Origin: Ostrea edulis
Lineage: Eukaryota
NCBI RefSeq assembly: GCF_947568905.1
Contig: NC_079171.1
Span: 60,574,001-60,638,000 of the forward strand
Length of the DNA: 64,000 bases
Direction: 5' to 3'
The position numbers were made by a program, and so were the translations under genes. Positions 13,257 through 23,230 of this stretch are shown here, piece after piece (the stretch's first letter is position 1; every line of letters begins with the position of its first letter). The notes beneath the pieces were generated by a model. It was given only the letters and a program-made list of their open reading frames with translations. It was not told the origin of the DNA and searched no databases.

Positions 13257-16200
13257 ACGCACACAAGCACACACCCTCCCCTCCCACACCCCACCCCAAA
13301 ACACACACACAGCGAACCCAAACCCCCCAAACACACACACACACATAACCAACAACCCCCCAACACCACCACCACCATTTGGTCTGTAATTCTTTTTTTT
13401 AAAAATGGTTCCATTTTACTTAATATATAACCTCCCATTCGAAAACTTATGGATTCACTCCTTGTTTACGCTCCTTGATGGACCAATCACACATGGTGCG
13501 GTATCATGACGAGTATCATCTGTTTCGAGGGAAGGGAATGTCAGTGGTGGTTAGAAAATAAACAGCTGTACATATTACAGTATTGTAAGAAAACAAATCT
13601 CTACATATTACAGTATTGTAAGAAAACAAATCTCTACATATGACAGTATTGTAAGTAAACAAATCTCTACATATTACAGTATTGTAAGAAAACAAATCTC
13701 TACATATGACAGTATTGTAAGTAAACAAATCTCTACATATTACAGTATTGTAAGAAAACAAATCTCTGTACATGTTACAGTATTGTAAGATGCTTTGTGA
13801 GTCGGGAAATGAATGCGAGATTTCATCCAATCATTTCTTTATCTTGCAGACAACTTCAGTTAAATGAGGAATCCAAGAAACATGAGGAACAAATGAGGTA
13901 TGAATATTCATAGATATGTAAATAGAATATAATAAGGTACATGAATATCCATAAATATAAACAAAAGGGGTATGAATGTAAACAAATGAGGTATGAATAT
14001 AAATAAATATGTAAATAGAATATAATAAGGTACATGAATATTCATAAATATAAAGAAATTATGTATGAATATAAACAAATGAGGCATGGATATGAACAAA
14101 TATGTAAACAGATCATACGACAATGAAGAAATGCCTGGTGTCACCAAAGTCTTTTATAAACTTAATTCACATCTTTATAATTTCATTTCATGTCAGACAA
14201 GATCTAGGTAATATTTTTTTCTGTTGTTTTAAGACACAACACTGTGGTGATGATGGAAATGCAGGACACGATCAACGATCTACAACGAGAGTTAAACGCC
14301 CTTGGTAGAGCGTCTGGACGAGACCGGCCGCCATCCGAAGGAGTCCAACAGGTCTGTTTGTGTTGTCTCGTAAATTACATTCAAACATGAAAGCTACATT
14401 ATTATTCCAGCTATAGATCAATTTAAAAATTGAAAATAAGATTAAAATGGGTTTTTTTCCCTTAGATAAAGCAAATCATTCAAATAGCAACAACATTTTT
14501 GAGAGGACGGGAAACAAACAAAATCAAACATCAACATTGAAAATGTTCATGTAATGTGACGCTGTCAGTAAAATGTTCATGTAATGTGACGCTGTCAGTA
14601 AAATGTTCATGTAATGTGACGCTGTCAGTATATATTGCAATGAATCAAGTTTCTACATGAACCTCCTGCTAGCTCTGGCTAGTAGGTTAACCCTTCAACT
14701 CAGTCATTAGTACACTGAACTGTCTTGTGTGTGGTTAGTGGGTTAAGCTGTCAGTCATTAGAACACTGAACTGTCTTGTCTGTGGTTCGAGGTCCAATCC
14801 CCCTCAGAGACAGTGACTTGATGCTGTTACATTTGTGTAAGATTTTGGTAGTTGCCAAAATTTAGTTGCTGTGAACCAGTCTATTAATAGAATGTGGTGC
14901 ACTGTTGTTTATCTTATTGCGTTGTTATGTACATGATTTTCGTCATTAATTTCGAGCCCTGCTGACCGTTGTTTATCTTATTGCGTTGTTATGTACTTGA
15001 TTTTCGTCATTAATTTCAGCCACCACCAGAGTCAGCCATCATGTTCACTAGACTGGACTCAGAGAGGAACGCCAAGATCATGAAACGGGCAGTCAACGAT
15101 GAAAGACTGGACACCAACAAATACAAGGTCAGTCCTCCACATGTTACAAAGTTCACATGTTACAAGGTCAGTCCACATGTTACAAGGTCTGTCCACATGT
15201 TACAAGGTTTATAAGATCATGAAATGAGCAGCAAATGATGAAAGACTGGACATCAACAAATACAATGTTGGTCCACATGTTACAAGGTCCACATGTTACA
15301 AGATCGGTCCATGTGTTACAACATTACGATATATCAGGCATATTGCATATTGCATTTTATTTATTGCCATGTTTGCTGTTTTTTGTTTTTAAGATAAAAC
15401 TTATATCACTGCATTATAATTTGATTTCTACACCTTCTCAGAAGTCATATTATATTCGATGGTTCAGAGTGTTCTCCCAAATTGAGAACCATAGACATGA
15501 TGCTGCAGCTGAATTATGTGCGTAGTGCGTTTACAGAATCAGCTGATTTGCATTTAAAGACTTTTTTCAAATCAAAAAATAACAAGGGGAAGTTGTTTGA
15601 TAGATGAATGTGCATTTTCATTTTTCGTACAAAAAATGAAAATGGGGGTATTAATATATTTTTTTTAAAAAAATTTGAAACTCTCCACAAAGAGTAGATT
15701 TTTGTTATTGGTGTACAACAGGCTCAGACTTGTCGTAAAGTGTTGTTATTGGTGTATAACGGCTGTTATTTTTCAGGACGCTGTGACCACGATGGACGAG
15801 TACGTAAGCCTTCCGGCCAAGAGACTCGGACACCTGGTCAGGAAGTATGTCCATCACAGCAGAATGAAGGATATTGAAGGTGAGAATTTCCTTAATGTTG
15901 GATGTATCAACCACCTTAATCTGAGAAAGCTCTGATTAGTTAGCTTCCTTAATGCTGAAAGAATCAAGCTCCTTAATTTGCAAGAGAAAGCTCGGATCTC
16001 TCAGTAGTGAATAATAGGTTAGGTAATTTAATCAAGAAATTGAAAGTGAATAGAATCCTTAACGAGGAATAGTGCAACAGTTGCTGTAAAAAAAAAATCA
16101 TAAGGTAATTACATTCATGTATGTAGAAAGTTGTGCTTTTTTTAGGTTATTATGTATGCCTTACTGTAGTTTTGTCCTTGAGTGTTAGTCATGGAAGAAG

Positions 16201-19200
16201 GATAAGAATACACACAGAGATTTTAGTGTTAGTCATGGAAGAAGATAAGAATACACACAGAGATTTTAGTGTTAGTCATGGAAGAAGATAAGAAAAAACA
16301 CATTTTTATTTTTTCCAGAAAATGTCAAGAAGAGTAAGAGTTTGGATGAAAATGTTTTCGAGATTTTGGACAAAATGGAAGCTCTGCAAAATCAGGTAAA
16401 AATGTCAAACACCATTTGGTTAATAAAATCTGTAATGTTCCTCGTAACTTTTATACTGCTCTAGATGAAAACTTCACATTCTGTGAACTGAAAGGTCAAG
16501 GTCATCTCTAAGTGACTACTAAACTTTAAGGTCATCCATGATGTCAAGAAATGTGTGACAACTGAATTGGGGTGTAACAGTTGCATTTCACATATGCATC
16601 AGTTTTGTTTGTTTGTTTTGAGTTTTTTGGTGTTTTTTTTTTTTCTTCTTCTTTATATTACGTGTAATGTCAATGGGACAGAAAAGGAACATTATTATAA
16701 GCAGTTGTTTATTGTGAGGAGTGTCTTCTTTAATCAGAATGTACTGTAACTAAAGATAAACAAAGATGATATGACACTTTGTAATTTCTCTGAGGTTACC
16801 TCACATAGAGCCAAGCGCTGGTTTCTCTTCGTAATTTCTATGAGGTTTTTCACAGAGAGCCAAGCGGTGGGCAGACAAGATGGATGATATGGGCTCGGAG
16901 CGAATGCGCCTGGCCAACCTTCTGATGGAGACGCTGGACTCGATAGAACAAGAGTCCGGAATATTCCTCATCAAACCCATGTACTCCTACAGGGGGAGGT
17001 TAGTAGAATCACACTTAATGTACCTATACTGATCCAGAGGGAGGTATTTAGAAAACCCATGTACTCCTACAGAGGGAGGTTAGTGGAATTACACTTAATG
17101 TACCTATACTGATCCAGAGGGAGGTATTTAGAAAACCCATGTACTCCTACAGGGGGAGGTTAGTAGAATCACACTTATGTACCTATACTGATCCAGAGGG
17201 AGGTATTTAGAAAACCCATGTACTCCTACAGGGGGAGGTTAGTAGAATTACACTTAATGTATCTATACTGATCCAGAGGGAGGTATTTAGAAAACTCATG
17301 TACTTGACAAAGTTTCAGATCCTCAGCTTACAGAGCTTTAGTAGAATCAATGAAATATGATAGTTCATCTGTATTATAAGGCAGGAAGTACCTTTAAGAA
17401 ATAAATGTTTTGAGAAACTAAAATGACAATAATTTAGTTTTGCTCGAATACGACACTGCCATATCGGCTGTGTAATATGTGATTAGAAGTCCCGAGGTTT
17501 GGTAAAGTGAAGATTTTATAGTACCTATAAGTCAAAAGTAAGGAAGAGATTTCAAAGTGTGTACATTAATTTTTTTCTGTGCAGCCCACTGGATGTTGAT
17601 TACACCAGGTTACTGGAGTAAGATGCATGACAAGACTCTAAACAACATGTATCAGTCCATCATGGCTTTCATTTTAACATTGATAACTAGCCAACAAGAT
17701 GTAGAAAAAAACCTATATTTTGTGTTTGTATAATATCATTACGGCGTTAACGACTTTGCTTGTAGAACCAGTTTTCGATTATCAGTATCATGCTTACACT
17801 GTATATTACAAATTACTGTATACAGGGAAATTTTTGCACACATTTTATTTTCGCTCTCATCGTCAGTGGACGAATTTAAAGACTGGGCAAAACCGGTTGC
17901 TCACTTCAATCTTTCTCTTAACACTGCTGTGTCAGGGTAAATGTAAAATTGGGTGAAACCATTTGCAGGGGTAGAAGGCCGGAAATGATACGTGGCAAAA
18001 ATAACCCTGTATAGAGTATACATCAATGATTAAACGGCTGATAACAGGGATCCCCCAAAGACAAGGGTATGGGAACCAGCTAGTTTTCATTAAGATGAAT
18101 TCTGCCATTGGAGACCTTGCGTGTATATTTGTTTGTAGGTAAAGTTTGCATTACTCTGATTGACAATGATAAAATTTGATTTCAAAATTACACAGAAATT
18201 CCCTGGGAGCGATTCACCTGGACAGGTAAATCAGAAGGCTGCGTAACAAACAATATTTCTCGTGTATTTCACATGTACAGTGAATATAGTAATTACACTT
18301 TCACTTTGTCCCTGATGTTACTTTCATTTTCAAATTGAAGTGAAGTCGAAATCACATTCGTGCATGCACCAATAACTTGTTGCAGTTTGCACATTCATTA
18401 TATTTCAAGAAGTGCAATATCATAATCCATGCATGATTATATGATTAATATGGCACGTTATTGACCCAAATCATGAATTCTGAAAAATCAATTTATATTC
18501 ACATCATATAGACTAATACCTCTGTATAATTGAATATTCTATTTTTACCTTTTTGCATGTACAAATATTTCCCTGTAGCTGTGGTTCTTTAATCATTTTA
18601 AGAAAATATTCAAGAAAATTGAACAATGATGAACTTGTGATGGAAAACTTTAGCATCCTAATCTGGATAGTTCTCACATGCTTTGAGTGAAAGTACTTTA
18701 ATTTATTACACTTGCAATATAAGACATAGATATATATGTATCTGGGTACAAGTGATATTTACCATTACACAAATGTTCTGTAATGAGTAAGATATTTCAT
18801 GATTACATAGTGATAAGTCTGTATCTGTACTTGCATTGGTTTACAGGGAGATTAAGGAACGGTATGCAGGAAAACTGAGCCGGCCCACCCGTCCACACAG
18901 AGTCATCTCCCCTTCACGAGAGATCAGCGCCTTTGCCCCAGCCCCCACTCCTGCCTCCAATGTCCGGGGCATCAGTCGACACATGCAGCAGGTTTGTACA
19001 CTGTCAAGGCTTTAAAAAGATCTAATATTTTATAAATAATTTGGAAGTATGTAGAGGTTCTGTTGGGGCCCAGCATGACTGATGAAGGGGTTCTACATAT
19101 AGTAAAATACGCTTCTAATGAACGTCTTATAAAAATCAGGCTGATTGTGAAGTGATATTTATTCTGCTACAAGGGGAAACTATTGAAAATGTGATTGGAT

Positions 19201-22200
19201 ATAATGAAGTTTGGTTATAACGGACTTGTTTTTCGCTGGCCCTGGAGGTTCACTATAACTGTGTTTTACTGTATAATGAAGTCGGGTTATAATGAACTGT
19301 TTTTCGCTGGCCCTGTAGGTTCACTATAACCGTGTTGTACTGTACCAATCAGTGGAGCAGGAGAAATTTAGGCAATATAAATTTTTTTAAATTACTCCCA
19401 TGTATTCCATCCGCACAATATTTATGTTTTCCACCGCCCAGGAGGGTCTATCTTTCAATCCTATGTTTGAGTCTACAAACAGGATTACAAGTGATTTCTT
19501 CCAGATCTTAACTAAAGATAAATTTTATGACTGACAAGAACTGATTATATTTTGGAGCCAGTCGTGGACCAGAACAGCTGCAGACAAAGACAGGTGGAAG
19601 GGGGGGGGGGGGGGGTGCTGTCTGAATGCTTTTGTTTCAAAATTCTAAATGCCTGATTGTTTTAGGAAGTCACCTGTAATAAATGTTGATGTCACAAGCC
19701 CAGGGCAAAGGTCATATTTTAATGAAATAAATACTGCTTGCTCATTTTTACAGAAAGACCTTGGTACATACCCAGTTCCTGCTGCATCCTTGAAATGTTT
19801 GCAATAATCTATATTTTTCCTCCTTAATTATAAGTAACACTTTTCTTTCTCCTTCACTCCAGTTTTCAGACACGCCTCAACAGCCGCTGTTTCGGCGGGA
19901 GATTCCACGTCCCCTGGAGGGAGACGAGACGGGGCTGATGGGGTCGGCTGCCCTTGGCTTCAACACCACAGCACAACGACAAACCTGGAACGTAAGTCAG
20001 GCGACAGTTTAAAACTTGTTTTTGTGGAGTGTGGTACACAGAAGAGGTTACAAATCTTTGGAATGGCAGTGCTGATTTTAACCTTTTGGAATATAAGAAA
20101 CTTAGCTCAAGCATGGACATAGGCCATTATGTAGAGAATAAAGAATGGAAGGGGGGGGGGAGCTAAATATTTTGATGAGAGATAATATTTACCTTTCTTA
20201 GTGTAGCTTTTCAAAGGGAGTTATTTAATGCATCAAACCTATGTGTGGTACCAGATTTGTCTTCTGTAACCATTGTATGACAATTTAAGACATATGTGTA
20301 CTTCCTTCATTTGTCTGACCATAGAAATTGCAATCTGATAAAGCAAGGTCAACGGATTTTATGATACATATAATTTGTTTGTTATTTAGATGAGCACGTC
20401 TCTGGTTAGAGGTGACTCTACCGATGGTGTGAACTCTTTGAACACTCCCCGTATCCTAGAGCTGGATATAAACAGGATGCTGATTGGTCAGAATACAGTC
20501 AGGTAAAGCATGACTCAGCACATGCAAATTTGTTGTGTACATGTTTATCAATGAAAAACAGTAAAATGTTAGATTTTTGTTCAGTGAATCAAGTTTCGTT
20601 TCTTTTGATAAAAATTTTTTGCAGCTTTTGATAGATGCTGGTATTTCTTTTGAATCAACAAAAATCATATCTATTCTTAGCTCAAAGTATGGTTCCCCTG
20701 GTTTGACAGACGACAGATTGATCAACGCATCACAGAACAATCTTAGATCTTATGTCACAGTCAACAGGCCAATGGTCAACTCTACAAGACCACGGTCATT
20801 TACTGGTAAGTCTGACATAATGGTCCAGTGACCAGTGGCAAATTATACAATGAACAGTCATTTACAGTAGGTCTGACATAATGATCCAATGACCAGCAGT
20901 CAACTCTACACAGCTAGAGTCATTTACAGTAGATCTGACATAATAGTCCAATGACCAGCAGTCAACTCTACACAGCTAGAGTCATTTACAGTAGGTCTGA
21001 CATAATAGTTCACTGACCAATAGTTATTCTACACGAGACCTTAAAAATGGAGGTCCTTTGTCATGACAGGCACTGGAACTTCTACAGCCCTGAATCAGAA
21101 TTTGTGGCACTTCACCTACAGCTGGTGACGTCTCGATATGGGTGGATTTTTTTTTTTTTAAGGGACGCAAAACAAATAAGCCAAACAAAACACTCAAGCA
21201 TCTATATATTTTGAAGATTTCGGATATGAAGAATGCAATTTTTTTTATGTTGTTTAGGGCTATTCTTGCTACGCATCCTGAGCCCTGCATTAATTAGCAT
21301 TAGTGATCTTGATCTACAATAGTTTCACAAAATATTTGAATTTATCTTCCAGGTACAAAAGATGTGCCAACCACCACCCCCGTGTCTCGCTCAGTCACCT
21401 CCAACAGTGCGGGAAACAAACGAGTTCGACTCAGCGAGTCCGAGATGTCCACTCGACACTCCATCCCCAGCACGCCGCCTCTACCTCCGATCTTGGGCCA
21501 GGACATCACTGAGATCAAAGGTAGGGTCTCCGAATGGTGAATACTGGAAATGTGGGAGCTTAATCATGCATATTCATAGGAAAACTCGTAACTTATCATG
21601 CATATTTAACAGGATGCAGGGTTTGACATTAAGGCACATCCAACCAACTGAGTCTACTAAATGATAGGCCAGGTCGGGTAAAATGTCAATTCACTAGTCC
21701 GACTGGTCGTGTTGAAAAAATAAACAAGAAACTTTACTTTAAACCATAAGATATTTTATTCTTAACTATAAAAGAATAACTGTAGACTTTGCGAGCAATT
21801 TTGAACCGCATGATGACACAATCTCTATTTTTAGTTCGAATAAATAAGTCGCGGTTGAAAGTAATGTTTTACGACATCTACTCGATGTTAATGTGTGTAA
21901 AGTTGTTTTAGATGAATTTATTTTCATTTTGATTAAAAAACCCAGTTTATTTGAATCAAATATAAGAAAGTATTTATCAAATTAATAAATTACGTCGTAA
22001 ACATGCAGCCATTTTTCAGTGTTGACATATGTGCGGGAATGTCTATATTCAAATACGACTTCTCGTCCTCAAGGAAAGATGTCCCAAGAGAAAAAAAGTA
22101 AAAGGTTGGAAAGAAACAAAGCAGGGCTTATGAAATAAAGATTTTAAAAAAAACGGTTGAGGTCATTTTATTTTATATGGACTAGAGAATTTCCATGCCT

Positions 22201-22775
22201 GGTAGAATTTAAAGAAACAGAAAATGTGTTTGAAAATGAAAGCATTAAATTGAATGACGAGATTAAAGCTCTTTTTTTGAGACAATTAAGTACGTTTTAG
22301 TTCATGCAAACTTAATGTTTATCATTTGAATTAAGTAGATTTAAATATGGAAAAACTATCAGTTTCTGGAAAGTTTGACCTGGCTAGTGGATGTAAGGTC
22401 AGGTCTAGCTAAAATCATTTGAAGTAGCCCGACTGGTCTAGTGCTCAAAAAAGTAAATGTCAAACCCTGGAATGAATGACGACTTGTCATGCATATTCAT
22501 AGGATAATTCATAACTTAGTCGTCACACAGTTCTGTAGGACAACTCACGAGACAATTTTAGTTTCTGACACACAACTGGCAGGAAAATTATACAATTAAA
22601 AGCTTATGAAATTCTAGGGTAAATTCTTATGTTAAATGCATTGTAAATTAAGGTTTTAATATTGTTCATATATATTTTATTTTCAGAACCCCCAAGGAGT
22701 CCCCCAGGGTCATCACTTCGAGGATCGCCCACCCCTCAACCCCATGTAACCGAGGTCATCTCACCACTCAAATAG
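2974..22775 (+). CDS. FAM186-like: Multi-exon gene (5' part not resolved, probably upstream), 21 core exons, ~1525 aa visible: Ser/Arg/Glu-rich disordered region, coiled coil, FAM186-like C-terminal helical region, Pro/Ser/Thr tail
   Basis: Exons 2974-3141, 3903-5099, 5911-6000, 9165-9809, 10277-10621, 11420-11651, 11988-12158, 12635-12742, 12876-13131, 13850-13897, 14234-14351, 15020-15127, 15777-15879, 16319-16395, 16856-16998, 18847-18991, 19863-19991, 20390-20502, 20681-20805, 21353-21520, 22687-22775. All are AG/GT bounded with matching phases and give one stop-free frame (4578 nt) ending TAG. Motifs RLGHLVRKYV, LQNQRAKRWADK and ESGIFLIKP resemble the FAM186B C-terminus as I recall it (not searched). 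Confidence 0.8.
3651..3840. mobile_element. Degenerate TA-flanked MITE (tactgtat...tacacaata)
   Basis: Imperfect TIRs; similar to 17817-18018. Confidence 0.45.
3903..5099 (+). CDS. FAM186-like gene large exon, 399 codons, Ser/Arg/Glu-rich
   Basis: ttttag acceptor in frame with ORF 3975-5105; GAG|gtatag donor. Confidence 0.9.
5911..6000 (+). CDS. FAM186-like gene exon (AEARITSGAMSAPP...EEIRK)
   Basis: gttttag acceptor, AAG|gtaaat donor, phase 0-0. Confidence 0.85.
6316..6369 (+). CDS. Candidate additional 54-nt exon (IDRETSMSDIYKITIDGQ)
   Basis: tttacaag acceptor, CAG|gtaaaa donor, phase 0-0, stop-free and protein-like. Confidence 0.55.
7131..7313 (+). CDS. Candidate cassette exon, 61 codons
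   Basis: Long pyrimidine tract + cag, ACG|gtaaga donor, phase 0-0, stop-free; AT-rich composition lowers confidence. Confidence 0.35.
7313..7545. repeat. ~59-bp tandem repeat x4 beginning with a ggtaagat donor-like motif
   Basis: Direct inspection. Confidence 0.9.
7945..8240 (+). mobile_element. Degenerate tRNA-headed SINE
   Basis: A-box-like tagtggatagg; body ggaggtcccgt...ggcac...aagaatactc...ctgagcgcc shared with 51846-52262 and 36175-36412. Confidence 0.6.
9165..9809 (+). CDS. FAM186-like gene exon, 215 codons
   Basis: tttgtcccag acceptor within ORF 9150-9917; GAG|gtatca donor. Confidence 0.9.
10277..10621 (+). CDS. FAM186-like gene exon, 115 codons
   Basis: tttttag acceptor; GAG|gtacat donor (an in-frame CAG|gtgaac about 33 nt downstream is an alternative). 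Confidence 0.85.
11420..11651 (+). CDS. FAM186-like gene exon
   Basis: ttttgcag acceptor, AAAG|gtcagg donor, phase 0-1. Confidence 0.85.
11988..12158 (+). CDS. FAM186-like gene exon
   Basis: tttacag acceptor, AGAG|gtcagt donor, phase 1-1. Confidence 0.85.
12635..12742 (+). CDS. FAM186-like gene exon (EFLQASELLQELDF...)
   Basis: gttgtag acceptor, TACA|gtaagt donor, phase 1-1. Confidence 0.8.
12876..13131 (+). CDS. FAM186-like gene exon
   Basis: tttttcag acceptor, AATT|gtaagt donor, phase 1-2. Confidence 0.85.
13570..13790. repeat. 33-bp tandem repeat x~7
   Basis: acatattacagtattgtaagaaaacaaatctct units. Confidence 0.95.
13850..13897 (+). CDS. FAM186-like gene 48-nt coiled-coil exon
   Basis: cttgcag acceptor, GAG|gtatga donor, phase 2-2. 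Confidence 0.8.
14234..14351 (+). CDS. FAM186-like gene exon
   Basis: ttttaag acceptor, CAG|gtctgt donor, phase 2-0. Confidence 0.8.
15020..15127 (+). CDS. FAM186-like gene exon (start of conserved helical region)
   Basis: tttcag acceptor, AAG|gtcagt donor, phase 0-0. Confidence 0.85.
15777..15879 (+). CDS. FAM186-like gene exon (RLGHLVRKYV motif)
   Basis: ttttcag acceptor, GAAG|gtgaga donor, phase 0-1. Confidence 0.85.
16319..16395 (+). CDS. FAM186-like gene exon
   Basis: tttttccag acceptor, CAG|gtaaaa donor, phase 1-0. Confidence 0.85.
16856..16998 (+). CDS. FAM186-like gene exon (RAKRWADK...GIFLIKP)
   Basis: tttcacag acceptor, GAG|gttagt donor, phase 0-2. Confidence 0.85.
16973..17302. 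repeat. 80-bp tandem repeat x4 containing the exon 3' end and donor
   Basis: Units start at 16973, 17053, 17133, 17212. Confidence 0.95.
17585..17608 (+). CDS. Candidate 24-nt microexon (S-PLDVDYT-R)
   Basis: ttttttctgtgcag acceptor, CAG|gttact donor, phase 2-2, frame-preserving. Confidence 0.5.
17817..18018. mobile_element. TA-flanked MITE (tactgtatacaggg...ccctgtatagagta)
   Basis: ~14-bp near-perfect TIRs, TA flanks, no ORF. Confidence 0.65.
18196..18225 (+). CDS. Candidate 30-nt microexon (R-NSLGAIHLD-R)
   Basis: ttacacag acceptor, CAG|gtaaat donor, phase 2-2, frame-preserving. Confidence 0.5.
18847..18991 (+). CDS. FAM186-like gene exon
   Basis: tttacag acceptor, CAG|gtttgt donor, phase 2-0. 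Confidence 0.85.
19863..19991 (+). CDS. FAM186-like gene exon (FSDTPQQPLF...RQTWN)
   Basis: pyrimidine tract + ccag, AAC|gtaagt donor, phase 0-0. Confidence 0.85.
20390..20502 (+). CDS. FAM186-like gene exon
   Basis: tatttag acceptor, CAG|gtaaag donor, phase 0-2. Confidence 0.8.
20681..20805 (+). CDS. FAM186-like gene exon
   Basis: ttcttag acceptor, CTG|gtaagt donor, phase 2-1. Confidence 0.75.
21038..21190 (+). mobile_element. SINE 3' fragment
   Basis: ccttaaaaatggaggtcc...ctacagctggtgacgtctc...gggacgcaaaacaaa. Confidence 0.55.
21353..21520 (+). CDS. FAM186-like gene exon, Pro/Ser/Thr-rich
   Basis: cttccag acceptor, AAAG|gtaggg donor, phase 1-1. Confidence 0.85.
21617..22469. mobile_element. 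Non-autonomous DNA transposon, hAT-like termini
   Basis: Perfect 14-bp TIR cagggtttgacatt / aatgtcaaaccctg; subterminal tag(t/c)ccgactggtc motifs; no clean 8-bp TSD seen. Confidence 0.7.
22687..22775 (+). CDS. FAM186-like gene terminal coding exon (EPPRSPPGSS...SPLK*)
   Basis: ttttcag acceptor, phase 1, TAG at 22773-22775. Confidence 0.8.
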
Positions 22776-23084
22776 ACCACTAATTAGCATAGTCATGAAT
22801 AAACATAAGGCTAAATGTACATGAATATTAAATATGAGACTGTATTTTTCTATAAAAGAATTGAACAATTTTATTGCCACTAGATAGTGTCTTGAATTAC
22901 TAGGCTTGATTGAATTAATTTTGTCAGTGTTAAGAGTTTTATGCATTCTTAGGGATGGATGCTGTTTCGTATCGAAGAATTTGATTATTTTGTGTTTGTG
23001 TCAACTTAACAAACACCTCAATCCTCAATGAAGCAACTTTTAACATCATGATTAGATAAGTGATCATTGAAGAACATTTTGATT

Positions 23085-23230
23085 TGATCACGTGACAATG
23101 AAGACATTGATTTGATCATGTGACAATGAAGATGTTGATTTGATCACGTGACAATGAAGACGTTGATTTGATCACGTGACAATGAAGACGTTGATTTGAT
23201 CACGTGACAATGAAGACGTTGATTTGATGA
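23085..23230. repeat. 28-bp repeat x5 with CACGTG core
   Basis: ttgatttgatcacgtgacaatgaagacg units. Confidence 0.9.

Noticed and set aside
13120-13438. Gly/Val/Cys-rich minus-strand ORFs
   Set aside because: Arise from the C homopolymer and (CA)n tract
19442-19490. AG/GT-bounded 49-nt segment (EGLSFNPMFESTNRIT)
   Set aside because: Length not divisible by 3; exons 18847-18991 and 19863-19991 already join in frame, so inclusion would frameshift
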